A stretch of DNA of 64,000 nt from Candidatus Omnitrophota bacterium (GTDB lineage: Bacteria; Omnitrophota; Gorgyraeia; Gygaellales; Profunditerraquicolaceae): the NCBI GenBank assembly GCA_003644385.1, contig QNCD01000001.1, positions 598 through 64,597 of the forward strand. The letters run 5' to 3'. Shown here in pieces: positions 46,664 through 54,649 of the stretch; position 1 is the first letter of the stretch; the number at the start of each line of letters is the position of its first letter. A model generated the notes under the pieces. That model was not told where the DNA came from and searched no databases. It worked only from the letters and a program-made list of their open reading frames with translations. The position numbers and the translations under genes were made by a program.

Positions 46664-47257
46664 TTATTTTTTCCTGTTTTTAATCAGGTTGTTTATGGCG
46701 ATTAATATTCCCAAAGTCATTAGAGCGCCGGGAGCTAATACCATGATACCCGCCGGATTAAAATTCGTTAAAATATTATGCCCCAGTAACGTACCATTCC
46801 CGAGTAATTCTCTGATTAATGCTACCGAAGACAAAGCTAAGGTAAAACCTACACCCATACCCAGGCCATCCATAATTGAAGGCAGCACCTTGTTCCTGGA
46901 TGCAAATGCCTCTGCCCTGCCCATGATAATGCAATTGACTACAATTAAAGGGACAAAAATCCCCAAGCGTTTGGCTAACAAGGGGGCGAAAGCCGCCATG
47001 AGTAATTCTACGATAGTCACGAATGAAGCGATTACTACAATAAAGCAAGGAATACGGATTTTATCCGGCACAAATTTCCTTAAACTTGAGATAATCAAGT
47101 TAGAAAAAAATAAAACAAAGGTCGCCGCTATTCCCATGCCAATGGCATTTTCTAAAGAAGTTGAAACCGCCAACGCCGGACATAGCCCCAGGACAATCAC
47201 GAATACGGGATTTTCTTTGAAAATTCCTTTTGTGAGCTCTTTAAACAGCTTTATCAT
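46664..47257 (-). CDS. rnfE: Rnf complex subunit E
   Basis: NqrD-like membrane subunit, 197 aa. Confidence 0.85.
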   Translation of the reverse strand: MIKLFKELTKGIFKENPVFVIVLGLCPALAVSTSLENAIGMGIAATFVLFFSNLIISSLRKFVPDKIRIPCFIVVIASFVTIVELLMAAFAPLLAKRLGIFVPLIVVNCIIMGRAEAFASRNKVLPSIMDGLGMGVGFTLALSSVALIRELLGNGTLLGHNILTNFNPAGIMVLAPGALMTLGILIAINNLIKNRKK

Positions 47258-48210
47258 TTTATTTTGCCGTAAACCCGGGGGGGAGTCGCCCTATCTATTA
47301 AAGGAACAAATGCATTCATAATCAAAATAGCAAATGAAACTCCTTCGGGATAGCCTCCCCATTTTCTTATAACAAAGGTAAGCAAACCGCATCCGATGCC
47401 GAAAACAATCTGGCCTTTTCTGGTCAGGGGCGAAGTAACATAATCCGTAGCCATAAAAAATGCACCCAGTATCACCCCGCCGGTTAAAACCGCAAAAAGA
47501 GGATCTCCTCCTCCAATGCTATTACCCGAAAATAGCCAGTTAAGAAACCCTAAAGTTAATATAAAAATTAAAGGGATGTGTAAAGAAATAATTCTTAAAA
47601 CCAATAGAAAAACAGCTCCGATTAATAAAGCCGGTACTGCTACTTCGCCTATACACCCGGCACGATTGCCTAAGAACAGATCTAAATAACTCAGGCCCAT
47701 TTCCGGCAAACTCATATTTGATTCTTTTAATAAGTATAGCGGGGTTGCAGAGGTTACGCTGTCAGCTTGCGAAAAAGGCGCAGTGAATTGCGTCATATAT
47801 TTAGGCCAGGAAATTAAAAGGAAAGCGCGGGCAGCAAGTGCAGGATTAAAAATATTCCTGCCTAATCCGCCAAAGGCCTGCTTGGCAATAGCAATAGCAA
47901 AAAAACTGCCCACTGCAGGAATCCAAGGCGGCACCTGGGGGGGCAAATTATAAGCTACAAGCAAACCGGTTAAAACCGCGCTTCCGTCAAAGATAGTAAT
48001 CCTTCTTCGCCTTAAAACTATAATCACGGATTCGGTAATGACAGCGGATAAAATAGAAATTGTAATCAGCTGTAACGAGTATAATCCGAAAGTAAAGGTG
48101 GCAGCTATTGCCGCAGGCGCAAGCGCTAAAATCACCATCCACATAATCCAGGAAATTGTTTCTTTTTTATGGATATGAGGAGAAGTGGATACGATTAATC
48201 TCTCATTCAT
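47254..48210 (-). CDS. rnfD: Rnf complex subunit D
   Basis: NqrB-like, with a GGLGRNIFNPALAAR block. Confidence 0.85.
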   Translation of the reverse strand: MNERLIVSTSPHIHKKETISWIMWMVILALAPAAIAATFTFGLYSLQLITISILSAVITESVIIVLRRRRITIFDGSAVLTGLLVAYNLPPQVPPWIPAVGSFFAIAIAKQAFGGLGRNIFNPALAARAFLLISWPKYMTQFTAPFSQADSVTSATPLYLLKESNMSLPEMGLSYLDLFLGNRAGCIGEVAVPALLIGAVFLLVLRIISLHIPLIFILTLGFLNWLFSGNSIGGGDPLFAVLTGGVILGAFFMATDYVTSPLTRKGQIVFGIGCGLLTFVIRKWGGYPEGVSFAILIMNAFVPLIDRATPPRVYGKIK

Positions 48211-48704
48211 TGGATTATCTTTTTAAGTGTCTGTTTTACGGAATCAATCAGCGCCGAAGAAGAGACAGTTGCCCCGGAAATACTGTCAATATTATCTAAG
48301 GCCTTTTTCCCTTTAAACCTACTAAGGAATTTTTCTTCAGTAATCTGTGTACCTATCCCCGGAGTCTCATTCTGCTCCAATACTTTAACCGCAATGATTT
48401 CTCCTTCAGGGGTAATGCTTACAACTGCCCTGATAACACTGGAATATCCTTTTGCTTCACTGATAAAAACATAGCCGATATTATTACCGGAGAAATCTTT
48501 AGCTTTATAGTAAACTAAACCTTCCTCCTCAACCTTCTCTATTCCTCGCGCTTGCGGCATTACTTCTTTAATTGCGTTGTTCTCTTGCTCAGCCTTTGTT
48601 TCTTCTATAATAGGTTGTGTTATGCTGGCAACAGCACTAAGCAATATTGCCGCAAAGAAACAGATTGAGAAAAGAACAGCGCTGTATTTTAAGGTCTCCT
48701 TCAT
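48207..48704 (-). CDS. rnfG: Rnf complex subunit G (FMN-binding)
   Basis: Single TM segment plus an FMN_bind domain carrying the covalent-FMN motif SGATVSS. Confidence 0.85.
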   Translation of the reverse strand: MKETLKYSAVLFSICFFAAILLSAVASITQPIIEETKAEQENNAIKEVMPQARGIEKVEEEGLVYYKAKDFSGNNIGYVFISEAKGYSSVIRAVVSITPEGEIIAVKVLEQNETPGIGTQITEEKFLSRFKGKKALDNIDSISGATVSSSALIDSVKQTLKKIIQ

Positions 48705-48707
48705 TCT

Positions 48708-50012
48708 TCACCTCTTAGACATTAATTTCGCGTATTTCATATGCTGGACCATGTCTCTTTTTGATGGGCAGACAAAACTGCATAGACCGCACTCAATGCA
48801 TTCTAAGACACCATAAACTTTCGCCAGTTCCCAATCTTTATTTGTAACAGCCAGGCTAATCATACATGGCATAAGCCCGGCAGGACACTGCCGTACACAT
48901 TCACCGCAGCGAATACAAAATTCTTCCTTGGCCAGGCGTGCTTCTTTCTTATTTAATAAAATAACTCCGCTGGTAGATTTGGTTACCGCGACGTCCTGAG
49001 TATACTGAGCAATACCCATCATTGGCCCGCCAATGACTATCTTGGCCGGATCTTTTTTTAAAGGTGCGCAATAATCTATGAGGTTTTTTATCGGAGTACC
49101 GATACGCACCAGAAGGTTTTTCGGGCTGGCTAAACAGCTGCCTGTAACTGTAACTATGCGTTCGTAAAGGGATTTATATTTATATACGGCATTATAAACG
49201 GCAAACACCGTTGCTACATTATGCACTACTACCCCGACGTCAAAAGGAAGCTTGCCTGATGGGACCTCTTTATTAAGTATATTCTTTATGAGCTGCTTTT
49301 CTCCGCCTTGAGGATAATAAGATTTTAATACCGGCATAGAGTATTTTACGTTTTCTCTGCCAGAACCGCCAGCCTTAATTATCGCTTCTTTAAAATATTT
49401 TACAGCTTCGGGCTTATTATCTTCTATGGCAATATATACATTTTTTACTCCCAGGCATTTTACCAAAAGTTCTACACCCCGCAAGATTTCATCTGTTTTC
49501 TCTATCATTAAGCGGTAATCGCAGGTCAAATAAGGTTCACATTCGGCGCAATTAATAATCAAGTCTGTAACGGGCCTGGGAGGATTAAGCTTTACGTGGG
49601 TGGGGAAAGCAGCTCCCCCTAAACCTACAATACCGGCCTGACGGATAATCTCCCGTAATTGTTCCGGCGCCAAGGAGGGTATTTCTTCCTGCTTATAAGG
49701 ATCCACAGATAAGACGAAACTGTCTTTACCGTCGCTTTCTATAACTATAGCCTTGCTTTTGCCTAAAACCGGATGAGGCCAATCCTGAATAGCTAAAATT
49801 TTCCCGGAAACCGAAGCATGTAGAACAGCAGATATCAAGCCTTGCGCATCGGCAATTTTTTGTCCTACTAATACAACATCGCCTGTTTTAACCACTGGTT
49901 CGCTGGGCTTTCCGGTATGCTGGCTTAAATAAAGATAGGCCTTAGAAGGAAGAGGCAGCTCTTCGATAATTTTATTTTCGGTCGAGTGTTTATTTTCTTC
50001 TATTTTAACCAT
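48708..50012 (-). CDS. rnfC: Rnf complex subunit C
   Basis: NqrA-like N-terminus, NADH-binding fold and two C-terminal C-x2-C-x2-C-x3-CP motifs. Confidence 0.9.
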   Translation of the reverse strand: MVKIEENKHSTENKIIEELPLPSKAYLYLSQHTGKPSEPVVKTGDVVLVGQKIADAQGLISAVLHASVSGKILAIQDWPHPVLGKSKAIVIESDGKDSFVLSVDPYKQEEIPSLAPEQLREIIRQAGIVGLGGAAFPTHVKLNPPRPVTDLIINCAECEPYLTCDYRLMIEKTDEILRGVELLVKCLGVKNVYIAIEDNKPEAVKYFKEAIIKAGGSGRENVKYSMPVLKSYYPQGGEKQLIKNILNKEVPSGKLPFDVGVVVHNVATVFAVYNAVYKYKSLYERIVTVTGSCLASPKNLLVRIGTPIKNLIDYCAPLKKDPAKIVIGGPMMGIAQYTQDVAVTKSTSGVILLNKKEARLAKEEFCIRCGECVRQCPAGLMPCMISLAVTNKDWELAKVYGVLECIECGLCSFVCPSKRDMVQHMKYAKLMSKR

Positions 50013-51262
50013 GTGGTCTTACTATAATAAATAAAATTTACCAGGCCTAAGAGAGTAAATATACAACCCACTACAAAAAGAATCAAAACATGTGAGTACT
50101 TTTCCGCTAGAAGTCCGCTTATATACATGAATATCAAAAATCCCAGATGGATAATAATCTCTATAGAGCTGAAAATCTTTCCCATCATTGCATTATCGCT
50201 GACATTATGGATAATAGTGATCGAGGCGATAATAGTTGGAGAAACCACAAAGCCTAAAAGAAAAGAAAGAGCCGCGGCGTTTATAAAATAAGGGTAGCCG
50301 GACAAAACAAAAACAAAAATTATCAGCATTATACCGCTTAGGATAAGAGAAGAAAATATCATTTTATAATGGGAAATTTTTGAGCCAAAACGGCCATAGG
50401 AAAGAGAACCAAAAAATAAACCCAAGCCGAAAAACATCATCACCAGGCCTAAATCTAAAGTCGCCGAATGCAGGGTATTCTGCACAAAGGCAATCAGTAC
50501 CACGGAAGCTGCGCCCAAAGCAGAAGACAGAATAAACATCACTCCTGCGGTAAACCTGATATCTTTATTTCGGACAAAATATAAAATGCCTTCCTTTACT
50601 TCCTGAAAAACAGATTTCTTAATCTTATCGATAACTTCTACTATCTCATGGCCGACTTTTTTGAGGTTTACCCGCGGAATAGTTTTCTTGGCGATTAAAA
50701 AAATCAAAAGCCCGGATATCAGAAAACTCCCCGCATCTAGATAAAAACCGCCCTTTGCACCCAGCCATTCAACCAATACTCCGCTTATTCCGAATCCTAA
50801 TACTGCGGCAATCATACCGGTTATATGCACCAATGAATTAGCCATCAGTAAATCTTTTTCCTGTACCAGGTCCGGTATAATCGCCAGTTTTGCCGGTACA
50901 AAAAACCTTCCGATTGCAAAAATTATAAATATCAAAAAATACAAAAGAGCCATGCGTTCGGCGTAAAATAAAAATAAGGGGATGATTAAAACTAAAACTG
51001 CCCTTAAAAAATCGCAGATATACATGGTGCGGCGCCTGTCCCAGCGATCTACGTAAACTCCGGCAATAGGGCCAATCAAAAAAACAGGGATTATGGTAAA
51101 CGAGAGGATTTTAGCAATTTCTACGGTAGACCCTGGCGCTCTTAAATAAACAAAGGCTATCAACGCCATTTGGCCAAGCCGGTCACCGACCTGAGAGATT
51201 ATCTGGCCCAGCCAGAGAAAGAAGAAATTATGATTTTTTAGGATGTTGCCGAATTTAGACAT
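50000..51262 (-). CDS. MFS transporter
   Basis: 12 predicted TM segments and a D-R-x-G-R-R-like loop (VDRWDRRRT). Confidence 0.7.
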   Translation of the reverse strand: MSKFGNILKNHNFFFLWLGQIISQVGDRLGQMALIAFVYLRAPGSTVEIAKILSFTIIPVFLIGPIAGVYVDRWDRRRTMYICDFLRAVLVLIIPLFLFYAERMALLYFLIFIIFAIGRFFVPAKLAIIPDLVQEKDLLMANSLVHITGMIAAVLGFGISGVLVEWLGAKGGFYLDAGSFLISGLLIFLIAKKTIPRVNLKKVGHEIVEVIDKIKKSVFQEVKEGILYFVRNKDIRFTAGVMFILSSALGAASVVLIAFVQNTLHSATLDLGLVMMFFGLGLFFGSLSYGRFGSKISHYKMIFSSLILSGIMLIIFVFVLSGYPYFINAAALSFLLGFVVSPTIIASITIIHNVSDNAMMGKIFSSIEIIIHLGFLIFMYISGLLAEKYSHVLILFVVGCIFTLLGLVNFIYYSKTTWLK

Positions 51263-51302
51263 ATTTTTGCTTACTAATCCCGGGACCCTGCGAATAATCT
51301 TA

Positions 51303-51377
51303 TGGAGCCGATGAGTGGAATCGAACCACCAACCTGAGCTTTACGAAAGCCCTGCTCTACCATTGAGCCACATCGGC
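51303..51377 (-). tRNA. tRNA-Thr (CGU)
   Basis: The sense sequence GCCGATGTGGCTCAATGGTAGAGCAGGGCTTTCGTAAAGCTCAGGTTGGTGGTTCGATTCCACTCATCGGCTCCA folds as a cloverleaf with anticodon CGT. CCA appears to be encoded. Confidence 0.8.
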
Positions 51378-51494
51378 ACTCGAAGGATCCCGGTAAAATC
51401 AAAAATAAATATTCTGCGACAAATTAGGCTTTTTGCAGCAAAATATGCTTACAACGCATAAGTAATATTCGTTTATTATAGCATAATAAATATA

Positions 51495-51522
51495 TTGACA
51501 AAACAAAAAAAGCTGATATAGT
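51495..51522 (+). promoter_or_regulatory. Sigma70-type promoter for cspA (TTGACA -16 nt- TGaTATAGT extended -10)
   Basis: A perfect -35 TTGACA at 51495-51500, a 16-nt spacer, and TATAGT preceded by TGa, ~125 nt upstream of the csp ATG. Confidence 0.45.
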
Positions 51523-51579
51523 AAAAAACGAAAAGGAAATTTTATTAAAATAGTGAAAGATTTAAAAAGAATTTTATCT

Positions 51580-51620
51580 CCGTAAAGTACCTTAAAATTC
51601 CCAGTACTTTACGGTTTTTT
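51580..51620 (+). terminator. Terminator-like hairpin + U-tract inside the cspA 5' leader (putative attenuator)
   Basis: An 11-bp perfect stem (ccgtaaagtac / gtactttacgg) with a 13-nt loop, followed by TTTTTTATTT, sits 4 nt upstream of the GGAGGGAGG SD. Confidence 0.45.
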
Positions 51621-51647
51621 ATTTGGAGGGAGGTGAAAAAGTAATAA

Positions 51648-51848
51648 ATGGCAAAAGGCAAAGTAAAATGGTTCAGCAATCAAAAGGGTTATGGCTTTAT
51701 TACCGGGGAAGACGGTAAAGACGTATTTGTGCATCACAGCGCGATTCTAGGTGAGGGCTATAAAACTTTGGAAGAAGGGCAAGAAGTAGAATTTGAAGTT
51801 ACTCAGGGGCCAAAAGGAGAACAGGCAACTAACGTCAACAAGTTATAA
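51648..51848 (+). CDS. cspA: Cold-shock protein CspA family
   Basis: 66 aa, [30 protein letters not shown] (RNP1/RNP2). Confidence 0.9.
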   Translation: MAKGKVKWFSNQKGYGFITGEDGKDVFVHHSAILGEGYKTLEEGQEVEFEVTQGPKGEQATNVNKL

Positions 51849-51862
51849 AGGGCTTCTAACCT

Positions 51863-51905
51863 AAAAAACCGTTGTCTCTAAATAGAAACAACGGTTTTTT
51901 TATTT
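51863..51905. terminator. Bidirectional rho-independent terminator
   Basis: aaaaaaCCGTTGT-ctctaaatagaa-ACAACGGttttttt lies between the convergent csp gene and the minus-strand repeat-protein gene. Confidence 0.6.
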
Positions 51906-51920
51906 AGTATTTAGATAAAA

Positions 51921-52628
51921 TTATCTGCGCCTTCCTCTGCCACCGCCTTTGGCAGGAGTGCGTCCCCCTTGAGCTGCCGGTTTCTGGCCCTTCTGCATAC
52001 CTTTATCGCGCCGGTCTTCTCTGCGGTCACGCCTATCTTCTCTTCTGTCAAGGCGGTCTTCTCTTCTATCTCTTAATCCAGCAGGTGATGCGCCTTCTCC
52101 TATTGGCGGGCCTAGTCTTCTGCCTGGGCCCTGTGCAGGCGGGCCAACTCTTCTACCTGGAAGCGGGCCTGAACCCTGACCTTCGCCTTTAGGAGGCGGA
52201 CCAACTCTTCTGCCTAGGCCTTTAGGAGGCGGGCCAACTCTTCTTCCGCGAGGCGGAGGCTCTCCTTCCTGGCGCGCTCCTCTGATATCCTCTCTTAATT
52301 CTCCCCTGGCATCTTTTAATGCCTGCTGATCTTCTCGTTTCTGTTGGACATTCGCCTCATGGGTTTGTCTCAACTGCTCCCTGAGTGACCTTGCAGTCTC
52401 AAAATCCCCTGCCTGCTCAGCTTCTCTAATCTGTTCGCGCAATTGCTGCTCTTCTTCTCTTGCTGCCTGAGCACTTTCTTTTATGCTTTCTTTTTGGGCA
52501 TCGACTGCCTCTTTGGCAGCGCTAATCTTACTTTGCCAATCAGTTTCTTCTTCTTGCGCCGACACACCGGTTGTCAATGCAAATAACCACAAACCAACAA
52601 CCGTACTAATTAAAAATGGCCTTTTCAT
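51921..52628 (-). CDS. Secreted low-complexity repeat protein (Q/E/R-rich coiled-coil N-part, RRVGPPxKG and DRREDRR repeats)
   Basis: Signal peptide followed by an LTxxQ-like heptad region, which may be Spy/CpxP-like (uncertain), then Pro/Gly/Arg tandem repeats. Confidence 0.45.
   Translation of the reverse strand: MKRPFLISTVVGLWLFALTTGVSAQEEETDWQSKISAAKEAVDAQKESIKESAQAAREEEQQLREQIREAEQAGDFETARSLREQLRQTHEANVQQKREDQQALKDARGELREDIRGARQEGEPPPRGRRVGPPPKGLGRRVGPPPKGEGQGSGPLPGRRVGPPAQGPGRRLGPPIGEGASPAGLRDRREDRLDRREDRRDRREDRRDKGMQKGQKPAAQGGRTPAKGGGRGRRR
52104..52258. repeat. Degenerate ~33-bp tandem repeats (about 4 copies) inside a CDS
   Basis: ggaggcgggccaactcttctgcctaggccttta-like units encode RRVGPPPKG repeats. 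Confidence 0.5.
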
Positions 52629-53094
52629 ATTACACCTCCGTAAATAATATTATAAATACAAAAATTTTAAAAACAACTATTATTTACATATTAGATGATC
52701 GCAGCTTGGCCGCATAGAATTATCCTATATGGTATTTATAAGCGACCTGCCAAAAATCCTACATTTTTTCAACCAGACGTGATATTAAACCATCATGATT
52801 AAGAAGAGTAACAAAGAGGGTTACTTTACAACTACCAATAATACTACAATATCATCTCCCGCTTCGCCAGCCCAAGGCGCAAATTCTTTTTGCTTATTAG
52901 GACCCTTGCTTAAATAGTAACATCTAATTTCCCCTGTAACAGTTAACCAAAATGTGGCAAACTAAGCCTCTCCCCATGGGGCAAAGCGTACTTCATTTCT
53001 ATAGGAACCGTTCCAGCCTGGAATTATCGGCTCATCGGGACTATCAAGTAAACCAGGGAACGCGTCATGCTTTTGTGTATCATAATACATCTGC

Positions 53095-53292
53095 CTATAT
53101 GCAAAATGCTAATCCTTCCAAATCTGCATTTGCCTTGGCTATCTGGGCATCAAGTTTGCTTGTTTTAAAAAGAGGGATTATTGCTCTGGATAAGACGGTG
53201 AGGATAGTGATGACAATTAAAAGTTCTAATAATGTAAAAGCGCCTCTCATATTCTCTACTCTCGTCCACTTATACCACTGAATTAAATCCAA
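53095..53292 (-). CDS. Short pseudopilin-like protein (prepilin N-terminal domain); possibly the 5' part of a frameshifted ~108-aa pilin
   Basis: MRGAFTLLELLIVITIL (the G-F-T-L-x-E motif). The adjacent +1 frame continues for 45 more codons with protein-like sequence down to ~52960. Confidence 0.5.
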   Translation of the reverse strand: MDLIQWYKWTRVENMRGAFTLLELLIVITILTVLSRAIIPLFKTSKLDAQIAKANADLEGLAFCI

Positions 53293-53303
53293 AAAAATAA
53301 AAA

Positions 53304-53345
53304 GAGAGGAACTTTTTGTAAGTCCCTCTCTTTAGATATGGTGCC
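53304..53345 (-). terminator. Rho-independent terminator downstream of tRNA-Phe (minus strand)
   Basis: On the minus strand, AAGAGAGGGACTTACAAAAAGTTCCTCTCTT is followed by TTTATTTTTTTGG. Confidence 0.5.
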
Positions 53346-53392
53346 TAGCTCCTCGCTGCGCTTCGGAGTCGGCAGTAACTCCTAAGTTAAAG

Positions 53393-53464
53393 TGCCGAGG
53401 GGGAGAATCGGACTCCCCACGCCGGCCTTTTCAGGGCCGCGCTCTACCACTGAGCTACCTCGGC
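53393..53464 (-). tRNA. tRNA-Phe (GAA)
   Basis: The sense sequence GCCGAGGTAGCTCAGTGGTAGAGCGCGGCCCTGAAAAGGCCGGCGTGGGGAGTCCGATTCTCCCCCTCGGCA forms perfect acceptor, D, anticodon and T stems with anticodon GAA. Confidence 0.85.
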
Positions 53465-53498
53465 TAAAACTTATTTTGACGAATTTAAAGCTAATTTA

Positions 53499-54230
53499 TT
53501 ATTCGCTGTGGTTTAATCTTTTTACCACAAACGGAGAAAAAATCAAGTAAAGTAAAAAGAGCGAAAACATGGTAGTGCCTGCTTTTTTAAAGAAGATGCT
53601 TAAAATTATTAAAAGGAATGAAGCTAAAAGAACGCTCTTGGTTTTTTTACCGAATAACTGTTGCAGTCCGTCTAGATTAAGGTATCTGGCCCGCGAAATC
53701 ATCAATAATGCCAAAACCACTACTAAAAGGAGAAAAACAAACGGAACATATTTCGGCAATTCTGTAAGGTGGGCTGGGAAAGCTATCTCTGCTGTGGCCT
53801 GGCTTTTTCTGAATATCAAGACAAAAGAAGCCAATACCCCGCCGCTTGCCGTAGTAGGCAAACCATAGAAATACTTAGCCAGTTTTTCCTTAGGAGTTAT
53901 ATTATATTTTGCTAGGCGCCAGACGCTACAACATAGATATATTAATAAAGCCAAAGTAGCCCAAAGATAAAAATCGCGGTAAATAAAAATATAGCCTAAA
54001 ACCGAAGGCGCTATGCCGAAAGAAACAACATCCACTAAGGAATCTATTTCCTTGCCGAATTCGCTTGGTTTTGGATTACGCCTTGCGATTTGGCCGTCTA
54101 TGCCGTCAAAGATAACCGATAAAATTATTGACCAGGAAGCAAAAGTAAAATGGCTCTCCAAGGAAAAGATAACTGAGGCAAAGCCGCAAATCAGGCTTAA
54201 ACCTGTAATAAAATTGGCTAAATAATTCAT
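53499..54230 (-). CDS. pssA: CDP-alcohol phosphatidyltransferase (phosphatidylserine synthase-like)
   Basis: DGIDGQIARRNPKPSEFGKEIDSLVD fits D-G-x2-A-R-x8-G-x3-D-x3-D. Multi-TM protein. Confidence 0.75.
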   Translation of the reverse strand: MNYLANFITGLSLICGFASVIFSLESHFTFASWSIILSVIFDGIDGQIARRNPKPSEFGKEIDSLVDVVSFGIAPSVLGYIFIYRDFYLWATLALLIYLCCSVWRLAKYNITPKEKLAKYFYGLPTTASGGVLASFVLIFRKSQATAEIAFPAHLTELPKYVPFVFLLLVVVLALLMISRARYLNLDGLQQLFGKKTKSVLLASFLLIILSIFFKKAGTTMFSLFLLYLIFSPFVVKRLNHSE

Positions 54231-54646
54231 TTTACCTCTTCCATGATTTTTACGAACATATCCTGGGCTAAGTTTAAATTGGGAAAATGGTATTTACGAG
54301 CAGATACCCTTAACCTGGTTGTGGCGGCGGTTAACCTACTTAATCTTATATATACCCGGCTGGCTTCAATTTCTGCGTCAATCAAACCTCTTGCCTTATC
54401 TTCCTCTCTTATAGTACCGCGAATCCTGCTTATCCTTAAAGCAGCTCTCCATAAATTATCGTAATCAACGTCAGTCTCACCCTCAATGGTATCCTTACTT
54501 ATTGCATAGCCTCCCACTACCCCCACGGCAGCGCCCACAACTAAAGCTGTTGCGCAGCCACATACCCCCGTAAACATAAAAATCAATAGTAAAAAAATCG
54601 GAATTATTTTTTTAAATTGGTATTCTTTACTTGCCATTTGATACAC
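54227..54646 (-). CDS. Hypothetical lipoprotein
   Basis: Lipobox FTGVCGC. No family recognised. Confidence 0.4.
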   Translation of the reverse strand: MYQMASKEYQFKKIIPIFLLLIFMFTGVCGCATALVVGAAVGVVGGYAISKDTIEGETDVDYDNLWRAALRISRIRGTIREEDKARGLIDAEIEASRVYIRLSRLTAATTRLRVSARKYHFPNLNLAQDMFVKIMEEVK

Positions 54647-54649
54647 CTG

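Noticed and set aside
46689-47321. 210-aa plus-strand ORF across rnfE/rnfD
   Set aside because: Antisense shadow of the conserved Rnf membrane subunits.
52952-53281. 109-aa plus-strand ORF
   Set aside because: Antisense to the pseudopilin ORF, which has the strong G-F-T-L-L-E prepilin motif, and to its protein-like +1 continuation. The minus strand is preferred.
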